From IMG/VR virus record IMGVR_UViG_3300025586_000002: DNA of 41,358 nucleotides; one strand, 5' to 3'. The notes beneath the pieces were generated by a model. It saw only the letters and a list, made by a program, of their open reading frames with translations. It was not told where the DNA came from and searched no databases. Shown piece after piece: positions 1-8,588 of this stretch (position 1 is the first letter of the stretch; the number at the start of each line of letters is the position of its first letter). Made by a program: the position numbers and the translations under genes. Source of the DNA: a virus.

Positions 1-127
1 ATCAAACAACACACTTCTTAAAGGTAATACTTTATGTGGACCACACTTCGCATAATGTAAATCACAAATGTGGACCACACATAGACGGGGGGAGGGTAGG
101 GAGAGTTGAACAGGAGAGGGGGATATA
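1..127. repeat. Terminal redundancy: bases 1-127 are identical to 41232-41358 (direct orientation)
   Basis: Read directly: atcaaacaacacacttctta...caggagagggggatata occurs at both window ends. This implies a complete circular or terminally redundant genome with about 41,231 bp of unique sequence. Confidence 0.95.
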
Positions 128-489
128 TATTATGATACTACACATACACTCACTCGTACTACATGCAGACACTTACTAATAAGCTTGTAAGAGGTGCAAT
201 ATAGTTATGACAATCCAGTACCCCTTAGGGGAATAAAGTTATCAACTCTATTAGCCATTGTCTCTTGGTAGAGTTTAAGTACATCACCTATCTCATTGGT
301 CTGGTTAGCCGTTGAGTCGGGAACCCGTGATACCTCAGGTTTTAACCTTACCCCTTTATTTAGAATTCTGCAAACTAGTATGCTTGGCGTTTATTTATAG
401 TGGTCAATTCCAGACTTGTCGCTGTAAGGAAACCTACAAGCCAGTACCCTGCCACTTATTAACTAGTATGTGCTGCACCTCTTGACTAC

Positions 490-517
490 ATAATATCAGA
501 ACCGCATATCTTGTCAA
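490..517 (-). promoter_or_regulatory. sigma70-like promoter pointing leftward into the ORF-free junction region
   Basis: Minus strand: TTGACA (517-512), 16-nt spacer, TATTAT (495-490). No ORF lies downstream until the minus-strand terminator at 40762-40785 across the junction. Confidence 0.5.
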
Positions 518-634
518 TAGCAGAAGCTTATTATTCCGCTGTGAGATATTCTTTTTAAAAGCATAAAACTGTTCTTTTTGTGCTTAAAATAAGGTATATC
601 GTAAGCATTTTCGGCGTTTTAAAGTTGACAACAT

Positions 635-663
635 TTGACATCTGCCAGCGGACAAGTTATACT
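635..663 (+). promoter_or_regulatory. sigma70-like promoter heading the plus-strand gene block
   Basis: TTGACA (635-640), 17-nt spacer, TATACT (658-663). A second TTGACA lies at 625-630. The first ATG (671) sits about 8 nt after the -10, so the message would be nearly leaderless. Confidence 0.7.
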
Positions 664-670
664 TGCACAA

Positions 671-865
671 ATGCAAAAGACTCATAAACTATTTAGAAAA
701 ATAAAAATACACACTTTAGACATAGGGCTTATTAAACTTAGCTCGTTTGTTTTTGGAATGGCTACGGTTTTAATCTTTCCATCTTTGCTTGGACTAAGGA
801 CTGACACACTTATCTTGGTTGGACTTATAGCTGCTATTCATCCTATTATAGTGTGGTTCAAGTGA
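671..865 (+). CDS. small hydrophobic protein (64 aa from the ATG at 671; the ORF track starts it at a TTG at 635)
   Basis: In-frame ATG directly after the promoter. Two hydrophobic stretches (SSFVFGMATVLIFPSLLGL, LILVGLIAAIHPIIVWF). Confidence 0.4.
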   Translation: MQKTHKLFRKIKIHTLDIGLIKLSSFVFGMATVLIFPSLLGLRTDTLILVGLIAAIHPIIVWFK

Positions 866-1251
866 TGGCTAAAGGAAGAACAACAGAAAAAAGAATAGAA
901 GCATTGTTTAAGGAGTTCATGGAGAGGGCTACTTCTGGTGAGAAGATGAACATGTATCAGTATCAGCTGGATAAAGGATATTCTCATTCTTCTGCTAAAG
1001 CATATAAGTTAGCAGGAACAAAGTCTTGGTTAAAGTGTCTTGATAAGATAGACGACTCTGCTCTGGCTAATCGCCTTGTAGATATTTCTAAAGGTGGAAC
1101 CGACCAAAACTCTATTCGTGCGATACAAGAACTTTTTAAGCTTAAAGGAAGATACCCAAAAGAAGGTAGGGGGATAGGTATTAAAGACGAAATACTAGAA
1201 CTTTTTGAAGAAGGCGACTACGAAGAGCAAGAACCAAAACAACTAAAATAA
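865..1251 (+). CDS. hypothetical protein with an acidic C-terminal tail; possible small terminase subunit by position only
   Basis: ATG at 865 overlaps the upstream stop. It is the first sizeable gene of the packaging/structural operon. No diagnostic motif recognised. Confidence 0.35.
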   Translation: MAKGRTTEKRIEALFKEFMERATSGEKMNMYQYQLDKGYSHSSAKAYKLAGTKSWLKCLDKIDDSALANRLVDISKGGTDQNSIRAIQELFKLKGRYPKEGRGIGIKDEILELFEEGDYEEQEPKQLK

Positions 1252-1267
1252 ACATTATAGACAAATT

Positions 1268-2287
1268 ATGAAAGAATATATGCCAGGGCAAACAACTAAA
1301 AAAGAGGTTTTATTGATTACGGGTGGTGCAGGCTTTGTCGGCTCTCATATGGTAGAGGGGGTGTTAAAGAACACTGACTGGGATATTATTATATTAGACA
1401 GACTTGATTTGTCTGGAAACTTACATCGTTTATTAGACATTGACATCTGGGAAAAAGAAAAGAACAGAGTTAGTTTTTTATGGTGGGATTTAAAATCTGC
1501 ATTGAATGTGCCGATTAAAGCAGACTATGTATGGCATTTAGCCGCATCAAGCCATGTAGACCGTTCAATAGAAGACCCTTGGTTATTTGCGATGGACAAT
1601 GTAATTGGAACTGTTAATCTTTTACAAGCCTGCCGAGAGATGAATCCAAAAAGAATTATTTATTTCAGTACGGATGAAGTGTTCGGAACAGCACCAGACG
1701 GGGTAGACTACAAAGAATGGGATAGATATAACTCAGGTAATCCGTACTCTGCATCAAAGGCGGGGGGAGAAGAGTTTGCATTAGCGTTTGCTAACACATA
1801 CAAGTTGCCGATTATAGTGACACACTCGATGAACATCTTCGGCGAAAGACAACATCCAGAGAAGTTTATACCTTTAGTTATTAAGTGTGCGTTGAAAGGA
1901 GAGAAGGTGTTTATTCACGCTTCAGAAGATAAAAAGAGAGCAGGACAAAGACATTACTTACACGCAAGAAATATATGTGCCGCACTTTTATTCTTAACAG
2001 AGAATGGTAAGTGTTTAGACGGTTCAGGAAAACAAGGTAAATATAACATAGTGGGGGAGGAGGAAGTAGACAACCTTACATTAGCAAAGATGATTGCCGA
2101 TATACTTGGTAAGAAGTTAGAATATGAAATGGTGGATTTTCATTCCAGCAGACCAGGTCATGATTTACGATATAGTTTATCTGGAGAGTTATTAGAAAGC
2201 GAAGGATTTTCATATCCAAAGAGTTTTAGAAGTAGCTTAGAGAAGGTAGTGCAATGGTATCTTTATCGTCAAATTTGGCTGGAATAG
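1268..2287 (+). CDS. NAD-dependent NDP-sugar 4,6-dehydratase/epimerase (extended SDR, RmlB-like)
   Basis: Rossmann motif GGAGFVGSH. Also HLAASSHVDRSIEDP, STDEVFG, catalytic YSASK and HPEKFIP, all characteristic of dTDP-glucose 4,6-dehydratase-type enzymes. Confidence 0.75.
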   Translation: MKEYMPGQTTKKEVLLITGGAGFVGSHMVEGVLKNTDWDIIILDRLDLSGNLHRLLDIDIWEKEKNRVSFLWWDLKSALNVPIKADYVWHLAASSHVDRSIEDPWLFAMDNVIGTVNLLQACREMNPKRIIYFSTDEVFGTAPDGVDYKEWDRYNSGNPYSASKAGGEEFALAFANTYKLPIIVTHSMNIFGERQHPEKFIPLVIKCALKGEKVFIHASEDKKRAGQRHYLHARNICAALLFLTENGKCLDGSGKQGKYNIVGEEEVDNLTLAKMIADILGKKLEYEMVDFHSSRPGHDLRYSLSGELLESEGFSYPKSFRSSLEKVVQWYLYRQIWLE

Positions 2288-2290
2288 AAT

Positions 2291-3169
2291 ATGGATTTAG
2301 TATCTTGTGTCCATATAGAGACAACAGAAAGCTTTAATAATGGATTAGAGACCTTTGAAGGTAATTTATACATCACAGATGACTCTTGTGGTAAGTATAA
2401 ATACCCTTTTGAGGTTTTAGATTACAGAGACTTTCCGCTTTTTAAGTATTTACACAAGTCTTCTGCGTCAAAAAACTATGCTCTTTACAAATCTAAAGCA
2501 GATATAGTCTTTATTATTGACTCAGATTGTGTGATTGAACCAGATTTTCAAGATAAACATCTTGATGCACTGGACACAGAAGGTTGTTTGTGGGATAATC
2601 CTTTAGAAAACACAGGATTTTATCCAAGAGGTTTTCCTTATTCAGCAAGAGACAAGAGAGTTGTCGCAAATGTAGGTCTTTGGACAAATGTACTTGACAT
2701 AAATGGTGCGGATAGAAGTAAAAACGAGCCAAACAAACCAGAAATAACTGGAACTCGTGTATCAACTTCTTTTGTTCCATTTTCTGGTATGAATGTTGCT
2801 GTTAGAAGAGAAGCAATACCAGCATTATTCTTTCTACCGAACATAGGAAATTTTAAAAGACACGATGACATATTTGGCGGATACATATTTCAATCAATAG
2901 TAAAGAAAAAAGGAGATTGTATTACTTACGGGGAACCGTTTGTTAAACACGAAACCTTTATTATTTCAGAAGAAGATGCCGAAGACGAATTAGAGATGAA
3001 CGAGTATCAAGATAAGTTCTGTCAAGTAGTAGATACTGCTATTGCAAAGATAAAACCTACCACTTACGCAGATATGTACAAGCAGTTTGTAAGAAAAGTC
3101 AAGTTTAGTGGAAGATTTAAAGGATTTAATAAACCTATAAGAATATGGAGCAACTTATTTCGTGGGTAG
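2291..3169 (+). CDS. GT75 / reversibly-glycosylated-polypeptide (RGP, UDP-arabinopyranose mutase)-like protein
   Basis: IDSDCVI (DxD), RGFPYSARD, NVGLWTNVLDINGAD, FSGMNVAVRRE and RHDDIFGGY parallel the plant RGP blocks DDDCF, RGYPFSLR, SHGLWLNIPDYDA, CGMNLAFDRE and RYDDMWAG (recalled from memory). Confidence 0.5.
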   Translation: MDLVSCVHIETTESFNNGLETFEGNLYITDDSCGKYKYPFEVLDYRDFPLFKYLHKSSASKNYALYKSKADIVFIIDSDCVIEPDFQDKHLDALDTEGCLWDNPLENTGFYPRGFPYSARDKRVVANVGLWTNVLDINGADRSKNEPNKPEITGTRVSTSFVPFSGMNVAVRREAIPALFFLPNIGNFKRHDDIFGGYIFQSIVKKKGDCITYGEPFVKHETFIISEEDAEDELEMNEYQDKFCQVVDTAIAKIKPTTYADMYKQFVRKVKFSGRFKGFNKPIRIWSNLFRG

Positions 3170-3855
3170 TATGTACATATAACCGAACTCCACTAACAGA
3201 ACAGTTTATGGACCACAACCTGGCAAGACTTGGAACAACAAGACCAGAGTTAATATGGATAGACAATAGTTCAACAGATGGCGTGGAGAGACTATGGGAT
3301 AAGTATAACCCAGACATAATCATTAAAAGACCAAACGATTGCCTTAGCAAGTCAAAGAACGCCGCTTACGCTGTTTGTAGAGGAGACTGGATTATAGATT
3401 TAGAAAATGATTTCTTAATGCCAGATAATTGGTTGCCAGAAATGTTAGAATATGGCAAAGCGATTGAAGGCACAGGTATAATGGCAACAATGGTTGAGAG
3501 GTGGGATGCAATTTTAACATTAGAATACACAACACCAAAGTCAATTATAAATGGAAAGGAAGTTATAGTGTGTAGAGCAATAGGTCCAAGAATCTTCAGT
3601 AGAGAAGTATTCAAGAAGTGTGGATTTTTAATAGAAACATATGGACTTTATGGAGATGAAGATATTGAAATAAGTGATAGAGCCGCAAATGCTGGACTTA
3701 TAAATTATATTATTCCTTCAATAACTGGAATACACGCTGGTAATGGGGAGTGGGATATGGGAGAATATAGAGCAGCAAAAGACGAAGGACTACACCACCC
3801 AAAAGTTAAACTTCCAGAAGGACAACTTTATTTTAATCCATTTGTATGCAGGTAA
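3145..3855 (+). CDS. family-2 (GT-A fold) glycosyltransferase
   Basis: N-terminal ISWVVCTYNR, then IDNSSTDG and a DLEND DxD-like motif. Overlaps the upstream gene by 25 nt. Confidence 0.7.
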   Translation: MEQLISWVVCTYNRTPLTEQFMDHNLARLGTTRPELIWIDNSSTDGVERLWDKYNPDIIIKRPNDCLSKSKNAAYAVCRGDWIIDLENDFLMPDNWLPEMLEYGKAIEGTGIMATMVERWDAILTLEYTTPKSIINGKEVIVCRAIGPRIFSREVFKKCGFLIETYGLYGDEDIEISDRAANAGLINYIIPSITGIHAGNGEWDMGEYRAAKDEGLHHPKVKLPEGQLYFNPFVCR

Positions 3856-4274
3856 TTATTCCAGGAACATTTGATTTATTACACGAAGGACATAAAGAGT
3901 TAATCAGGTTTGCTCTGTTAATTAGTAAAGATATTATAATCACAATTAACGGCGATAAGTTTTCTAAACTTTTAGGAAAGAAAACAAGTCAGACCGAACA
4001 AGAAAGACTTAAAGGATTAAAAGATTTTATTAACTGCCCTGTTTATATTGTAAACTCTGAATCTGAATCTTTAAAAATAGCGATAGACAACGCACCTTGT
4101 TTCAGACTTACAGGAGATGACTGGGATATTAGCAAAACAAGTAAGAGGTGTGGCGTTGATAGAAGTTTTTGGAAAAGAAATAACATCTATCTTATTTATA
4201 AAGACAGAGTTCCCAACATAAGCAGCACAAAATTAAGAAATGCCCAGACCAAAAGTAATACTGTATCCATTTAA
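3846..4274 (+). CDS. cytidylyltransferase-family nucleotidyltransferase (TagD / glycerol-3-phosphate cytidylyltransferase-like)
   Basis: GTFDLLHEGH (HxGH signature) near the N-terminus and ISSTKLR near the C-terminus. Confidence 0.7.
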   Translation: MQVIIPGTFDLLHEGHKELIRFALLISKDIIITINGDKFSKLLGKKTSQTEQERLKGLKDFINCPVYIVNSESESLKIAIDNAPCFRLTGDDWDISKTSKRCGVDRSFWKRNNIYLIYKDRVPNISSTKLRNAQTKSNTVSI

Positions 4275-4806
4275 AGCAGGACCATTAGATGGAAAAAACT
4301 GGAAAGAAACACTTGATACTGGGATAAAAGAACTTAAAGACTTCAACTGGCAACTTGGTTTTGGAACATTGCTTGGAATGGTCAGAGATAAGACAGTAAT
4401 TCCGCACGATTTAGACTTAGACATAGATGTAATGATGGAAGATGAATACAAGCCGAACACAGATGCACTTCATCAAAGTTATTTAACAAAAGGATTTCGT
4501 CTTATTAAGATGCAAGAGTGGGGTGGTTTAATAATGTCGTTAGCCTATATGCACGAAAAGACGAATGTGATATTTGACATCTGTTTCTTTTATGGTATAT
4601 GGGGTGATGATTTTCTACACCTTGGAAGTGACGGAATTGTTATCAGACCGAGATGGACCTTAAAAACTATTAAACTACTTGGATACAACATACCTGAAAG
4701 ATATGATGATTATCTTACAGGAAGATATGATGATTGGAGAACTCCAGTTTCTGGGAAAAAAGATTGGTTTGATTACGCTAATAAATACTTTATAAAATAT
4801 GATTGA
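4240..4806 (+). CDS. LicD-family phosphotransferase (phosphocholine / polyol-phosphate transferase fold)
   Basis: GFGTLLGMVRDKTVIPHDLDLDIDVMM matches the LicD core GTLLGAVRhxGFIPWDDDIDV. Confidence 0.6.
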   Translation: MPRPKVILYPFKAGPLDGKNWKETLDTGIKELKDFNWQLGFGTLLGMVRDKTVIPHDLDLDIDVMMEDEYKPNTDALHQSYLTKGFRLIKMQEWGGLIMSLAYMHEKTNVIFDICFFYGIWGDDFLHLGSDGIVIRPRWTLKTIKLLGYNIPERYDDYLTGRYDDWRTPVSGKKDWFDYANKYFIKYD

Positions 4807-6067
4807 AAAACCAAAAGTAATTAACGATTTAAAACTCCAAGAAAAGATTGGTTGGACTCCACACAGTGGTCAGAAAAAGATTATAGACTGCCACGCAAGA
4901 GAGAAGATTATATGTGCAGGAAGAAGATTTGGGAAAAGTGATACTTGTGCTTATGAGATAGTAAAAGACGCACTTTTAGGAGATAGAAGAATATGGATAG
5001 CCGCACCTTCTTATGAACTTTCTAAAATAGTGTTTGACAGGGTAGTTATATTTCTTTCAAAAGTAATTAGCCCAAGTCATTTCAGAATACAGATGAAACC
5101 ATTTCCAACACTTACGCTGACTAACGGAAGTATTATTGAAGGAAAGTCGTGTGAGGCAAGGTCTGGTATGCTTGGTAGGTCTACTAACTTAGTAGTAATA
5201 GACGAAGCAGCACTTGTAGATGAGAACATCTGGCAACAATATATCAAGCCAACAACACACGAACAAAAAGGTAGAGTTGTTTATATAGGAACACCAAGAG
5301 GATTAAATTGGTTTTATGATAAGTTCCTGGAACTTCAAATAAAACACACAGCGTTTCAATTCAAGACTTCTGACAACCCATTGTTTGACTTAGTAGAATA
5401 TAATAAAGCAAGAGAGAGTCTGCCAGAAAAGGTTTTCGCACAAGAATACGAAGCAGAGTTTTTAACAGAAGCAGGATTAGTTTTTAGAGGAATAGACTTA
5501 ATTGTTGACGATACTTTGGCAGAACCAGTATTGGGAACAGCATATATATTAGGAGTGGACATAGCAAGGCATACAGACTACACAGCTTTGACTGTAATGG
5601 ACAGAACAACCAAGAAGGTAGTTTATCTCGACAGGTTCAAAGAACTTGATTATCCATACCAAAAACAACGCATTTTAACATTATCACAAAAATATAATAA
5701 CGCAAAAATAATAATAGATTCAACGGGCATGGGAGATAGCGTGGCTTCAGACCTAATGCGACAAGCGTTTGTAGAAGAATACCCACTATACAGCCATAAA
5801 GCAAAACAACAACTAATAGATAGACTTATAATCTTTATCGAACAAAGGGTTATAAGGATACCAAATAACGAAATACTTATAAATGAGTTAAAAAAATACG
5901 AGGTAAAAGTTTTAGAAGCGTCTGGAAAGTATAATTATTCAGCACCAAGAAGTGGGCACGATGATATGGTTATATCATTAGCACTAGCAACTTGGGGATT
6001 ACAGCCGAATAAACTATCAGACGTAGAAGAAACAGAAACCATAATAAAGCACAATGACTACGAATAA
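4799..6067 (+). CDS. terL: terminase large subunit
   Basis: Walker A-like AGRRFGKS and Walker B VVIDEAA. C-terminal nuclease acidic motifs GVDIARHTDYTAL and GHDDMVISLALA. The portal gene follows immediately. Confidence 0.9.
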   Translation: MIEKPKVINDLKLQEKIGWTPHSGQKKIIDCHAREKIICAGRRFGKSDTCAYEIVKDALLGDRRIWIAAPSYELSKIVFDRVVIFLSKVISPSHFRIQMKPFPTLTLTNGSIIEGKSCEARSGMLGRSTNLVVIDEAALVDENIWQQYIKPTTHEQKGRVVYIGTPRGLNWFYDKFLELQIKHTAFQFKTSDNPLFDLVEYNKARESLPEKVFAQEYEAEFLTEAGLVFRGIDLIVDDTLAEPVLGTAYILGVDIARHTDYTALTVMDRTTKKVVYLDRFKELDYPYQKQRILTLSQKYNNAKIIIDSTGMGDSVASDLMRQAFVEEYPLYSHKAKQQLIDRLIIFIEQRVIRIPNNEILINELKKYEVKVLEASGKYNYSAPRSGHDDMVISLALATWGLQPNKLSDVEETETIIKHNDYE

Positions 6068-7796
6068 TATATATAAAATCATAGCGGACGAAGTTCAAGA
6101 TTTCAAACAAAATCCAGCTCTTGTTATTGAAGGGTTTGTAAGAAATCAAAAAGAAGTTATTGAAAAAATCATTCGTCTTTATAATTCAAAGTTCAAAGAC
6201 GGAGAGTTTGACAGCGAAGGGTTTAGAAAATACTTCAAGAACATTGTAAAGAACCCTTGCAATTCTTCAACGAAAGCAATTAAGTTCTTACCAGCCGATA
6301 TAATGATTATTCCTGCTGCTGGTCAAGATGACCTTAAAGCGTGGATAATGGATAGAGATTTCAAATACTGGATGAAAGAAAAGCAGTTCGCAAAGATTCT
6401 TAACAGAATGTTTATGGACTTGCCGATTTTTGGTAGTGTAGTTTTGAAACTTGTCGGCGATAATTTACACTTCGTAGACTTGAGAAACTTAATCAATGAA
6501 CAAGCTGCTGATAAACTTAAAGATGCTTCTTATACAATTGAGCAACATTATTACTCGCTTGACGAGATGAGAAAGAAACCTTGGGATAACATTGAGGAAG
6601 CAGTTAAAATGTGGAGAGAAACTAAAAGACCTTATGTAAGAGTGTTAGAAAGATATGGTGAAGTTCCAGAATCAGAGTTCGGCGGAGATGAAAACAAATA
6701 TACTTACGCAAGACATATTGTTTATATGCCAGACACAAGGTATATGGACAGAATTGAAACCAACACAAAAGGTATTATTTTAGACGCTACTAAAATTAAA
6801 AGAGATGAGTTCCCTTACAGAGATTTCCATTTTGAAAAGATACCAGGTGCTTGGCTTGGAATAGGTAGAGTTGAACTTCTATCTGACCCACAATTAAGAA
6901 CTAACGAAATAACAAACTTACGAGTTAAATCTTCTTATGTTGCTGGATTAAACATCTGGCAAACAAGAGATGATAATGTTAAAAAGAATCTTATCAAAGA
7001 TGTTAAAACAGGACAAGTTATTACTGCGATGGACAGAATTGAGAAAGTTCCAACAGAAGAAAGAAACCTGTCAGCATTTATTGAAGAGGAAAGAAGTTGG
7101 GCTGGAAATGCAGACCAAGTAGCATTTAACTATGATGTTATTAGAGGAGAAAGAATGCCAGCAGGAACACCTCTTGGTTCAGCACAATTAGCAGCACAGA
7201 TGATTACTTCATACTTTGAACACATTAGAGAGAACATAGCATCAGATGTTAAAGAGTTAATCTTTAATGATATTATTCCACTGTTTAAAAAGACAGGAGA
7301 ACACTATATCAGACTTGTCGGAGAAGACCTTGATAAATGGCATCAACTTAAAACTAATGCCAGAGCAAATCTTGAACTGTTTAAGTTCCTTGTTCAAAAG
7401 AAAACAATACCTACCTCAATACAATTTGATGTGATGAAGAGTGTAATTAAAGACAAAGTGAAAGCAAGTAAAGATTCACCGCTAATTCCCGCAGAGTTTT
7501 ACAAAGACTTAAAGTATTCATTAGACATTGTTATTACAGGACAAGAAAGAGATTTGAGAGTAGAAGCTGCTAATATGGCAATGATACTTCAAACAATGGT
7601 AGCCGACCCAACAGTATTAACAGACCCAGTAAAGAGAAAGATATTTAGCAAACAACTTGAAGCAGTAGGAATTAGTATCAACGATATTGAACCAGAAGAA
7701 GCACAATCACAACAAACACCAATAGAGAAAAGAACACAACAAGGTGGTGGTATTTCAGCACCTAGTATGCCTCAAGTAATGCAACCTGGACTATGA
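6054..7796 (+). CDS. portal protein
   Basis: 580-aa ORF directly downstream of, and overlapping, terL and upstream of scaffold and capsid. Size and order are typical. Confidence 0.75.
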   Translation: MTTNNIYKIIADEVQDFKQNPALVIEGFVRNQKEVIEKIIRLYNSKFKDGEFDSEGFRKYFKNIVKNPCNSSTKAIKFLPADIMIIPAAGQDDLKAWIMDRDFKYWMKEKQFAKILNRMFMDLPIFGSVVLKLVGDNLHFVDLRNLINEQAADKLKDASYTIEQHYYSLDEMRKKPWDNIEEAVKMWRETKRPYVRVLERYGEVPESEFGGDENKYTYARHIVYMPDTRYMDRIETNTKGIILDATKIKRDEFPYRDFHFEKIPGAWLGIGRVELLSDPQLRTNEITNLRVKSSYVAGLNIWQTRDDNVKKNLIKDVKTGQVITAMDRIEKVPTEERNLSAFIEEERSWAGNADQVAFNYDVIRGERMPAGTPLGSAQLAAQMITSYFEHIRENIASDVKELIFNDIIPLFKKTGEHYIRLVGEDLDKWHQLKTNARANLELFKFLVQKKTIPTSIQFDVMKSVIKDKVKASKDSPLIPAEFYKDLKYSLDIVITGQERDLRVEAANMAMILQTMVADPTVLTDPVKRKIFSKQLEAVGISINDIEPEEAQSQQTPIEKRTQQGGGISAPSMPQVMQPGL

Positions 7797-8023
7797 TTGA
7801 AAAAGACTTAAACGAAAAGTTAGACGAAATATCAAAAGGAATATATGGTGTTGCTTTAACACAATATATTGACGAGCAGATTAAAAAGATAGACACAGTA
7901 AGAGATGCACCAACACTACAAGAAGTCAGAGGTAGAGAGATTGCAGTAAAGTATATGGAAAAATTAAAACAAAGAATAGCAAAAGTGGAAGAGGTTGAGC
8001 CTTCCATAAACGAGTATTTATAA
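7793..8023 (+). CDS. hypothetical small protein
   Basis: ATGA start/stop overlap with the portal gene. Confidence 0.6.
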   Translation: MIEKDLNEKLDEISKGIYGVALTQYIDEQIKKIDTVRDAPTLQEVRGREIAVKYMEKLKQRIAKVEEVEPSINEYL

Positions 8024-8053
8024 AATAATAGGGTAGGAATCCCTTAAAATCCA

Positions 8054-8578
8054 ATGATAGAAGAAAAATTAGAGACCACCGACTCTGAAAACGGTGATGA
8101 AGAGAAAACTTCTGAAAAAACAACGGAGGAAACTCCGAAAGAGGACATCGAAGCTAAAAATCGTCAGCTCTTTGAGAGGACGAAAAAAGCCGAACAGAGG
8201 GCTAAAGTAGAAGAAGCTGAGAAGTTAATTCTACAAAAGCAAACGAAGGTTAGTGAAACACCTGACTCTTCTGAGCTAGCCAAAACTGTCGTTGCTATGA
8301 AAGATTACACGCCTGCTGAAATTGATTACATTTTCAAGCAAGCGAAGTTTCTCGGCATAACTCCTACCGAAGCAATAAGCAACGAAGATGTTCAATTATT
8401 CTTAGAAGCAAAACGGGAGAAACTCCAAAGGTCGGAAAAGACGCCCGAACCATCTACTAAACAAATTCCAGACACTAAAGGCTTTGAAGAGTGGACTAAT
8501 GATACTTTGCGTGAGGCAACTCAAGCAGGTGATTATGAAGCTATAGATAAGTTTAGAGAATGGATGAGAAAAAAGTAG
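8054..8578 (+). CDS. scaffolding protein
   Basis: Highly charged, helical-looking 174-aa protein immediately upstream of the capsid gene. Confidence 0.6.
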   Translation: MIEEKLETTDSENGDEEKTSEKTTEETPKEDIEAKNRQLFERTKKAEQRAKVEEAEKLILQKQTKVSETPDSSELAKTVVAMKDYTPAEIDYIFKQAKFLGITPTEAISNEDVQLFLEAKREKLQRSEKTPEPSTKQIPDTKGFEEWTNDTLREATQAGDYEAIDKFREWMRKK

Positions 8579-8588
8579 ATAAAACACA

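Noticed and set aside
482-510. Plus-strand promoter TTGACT-N17-CATATC overlapping the minus-strand promoter
   Set aside because: The -10 hexamer is a poor match, and a much better plus-strand promoter lies 150 nt downstream (635-663). It is kept only as a weak possibility.
635-670. TTG start at 635 for the first plus-strand ORF
   Set aside because: Codons 1-12 coincide exactly with the -35, spacer and -10 of the strongest plus-strand promoter, so they would not be transcribed from it. The ATG at 671 is the first start downstream of the predicted TSS.
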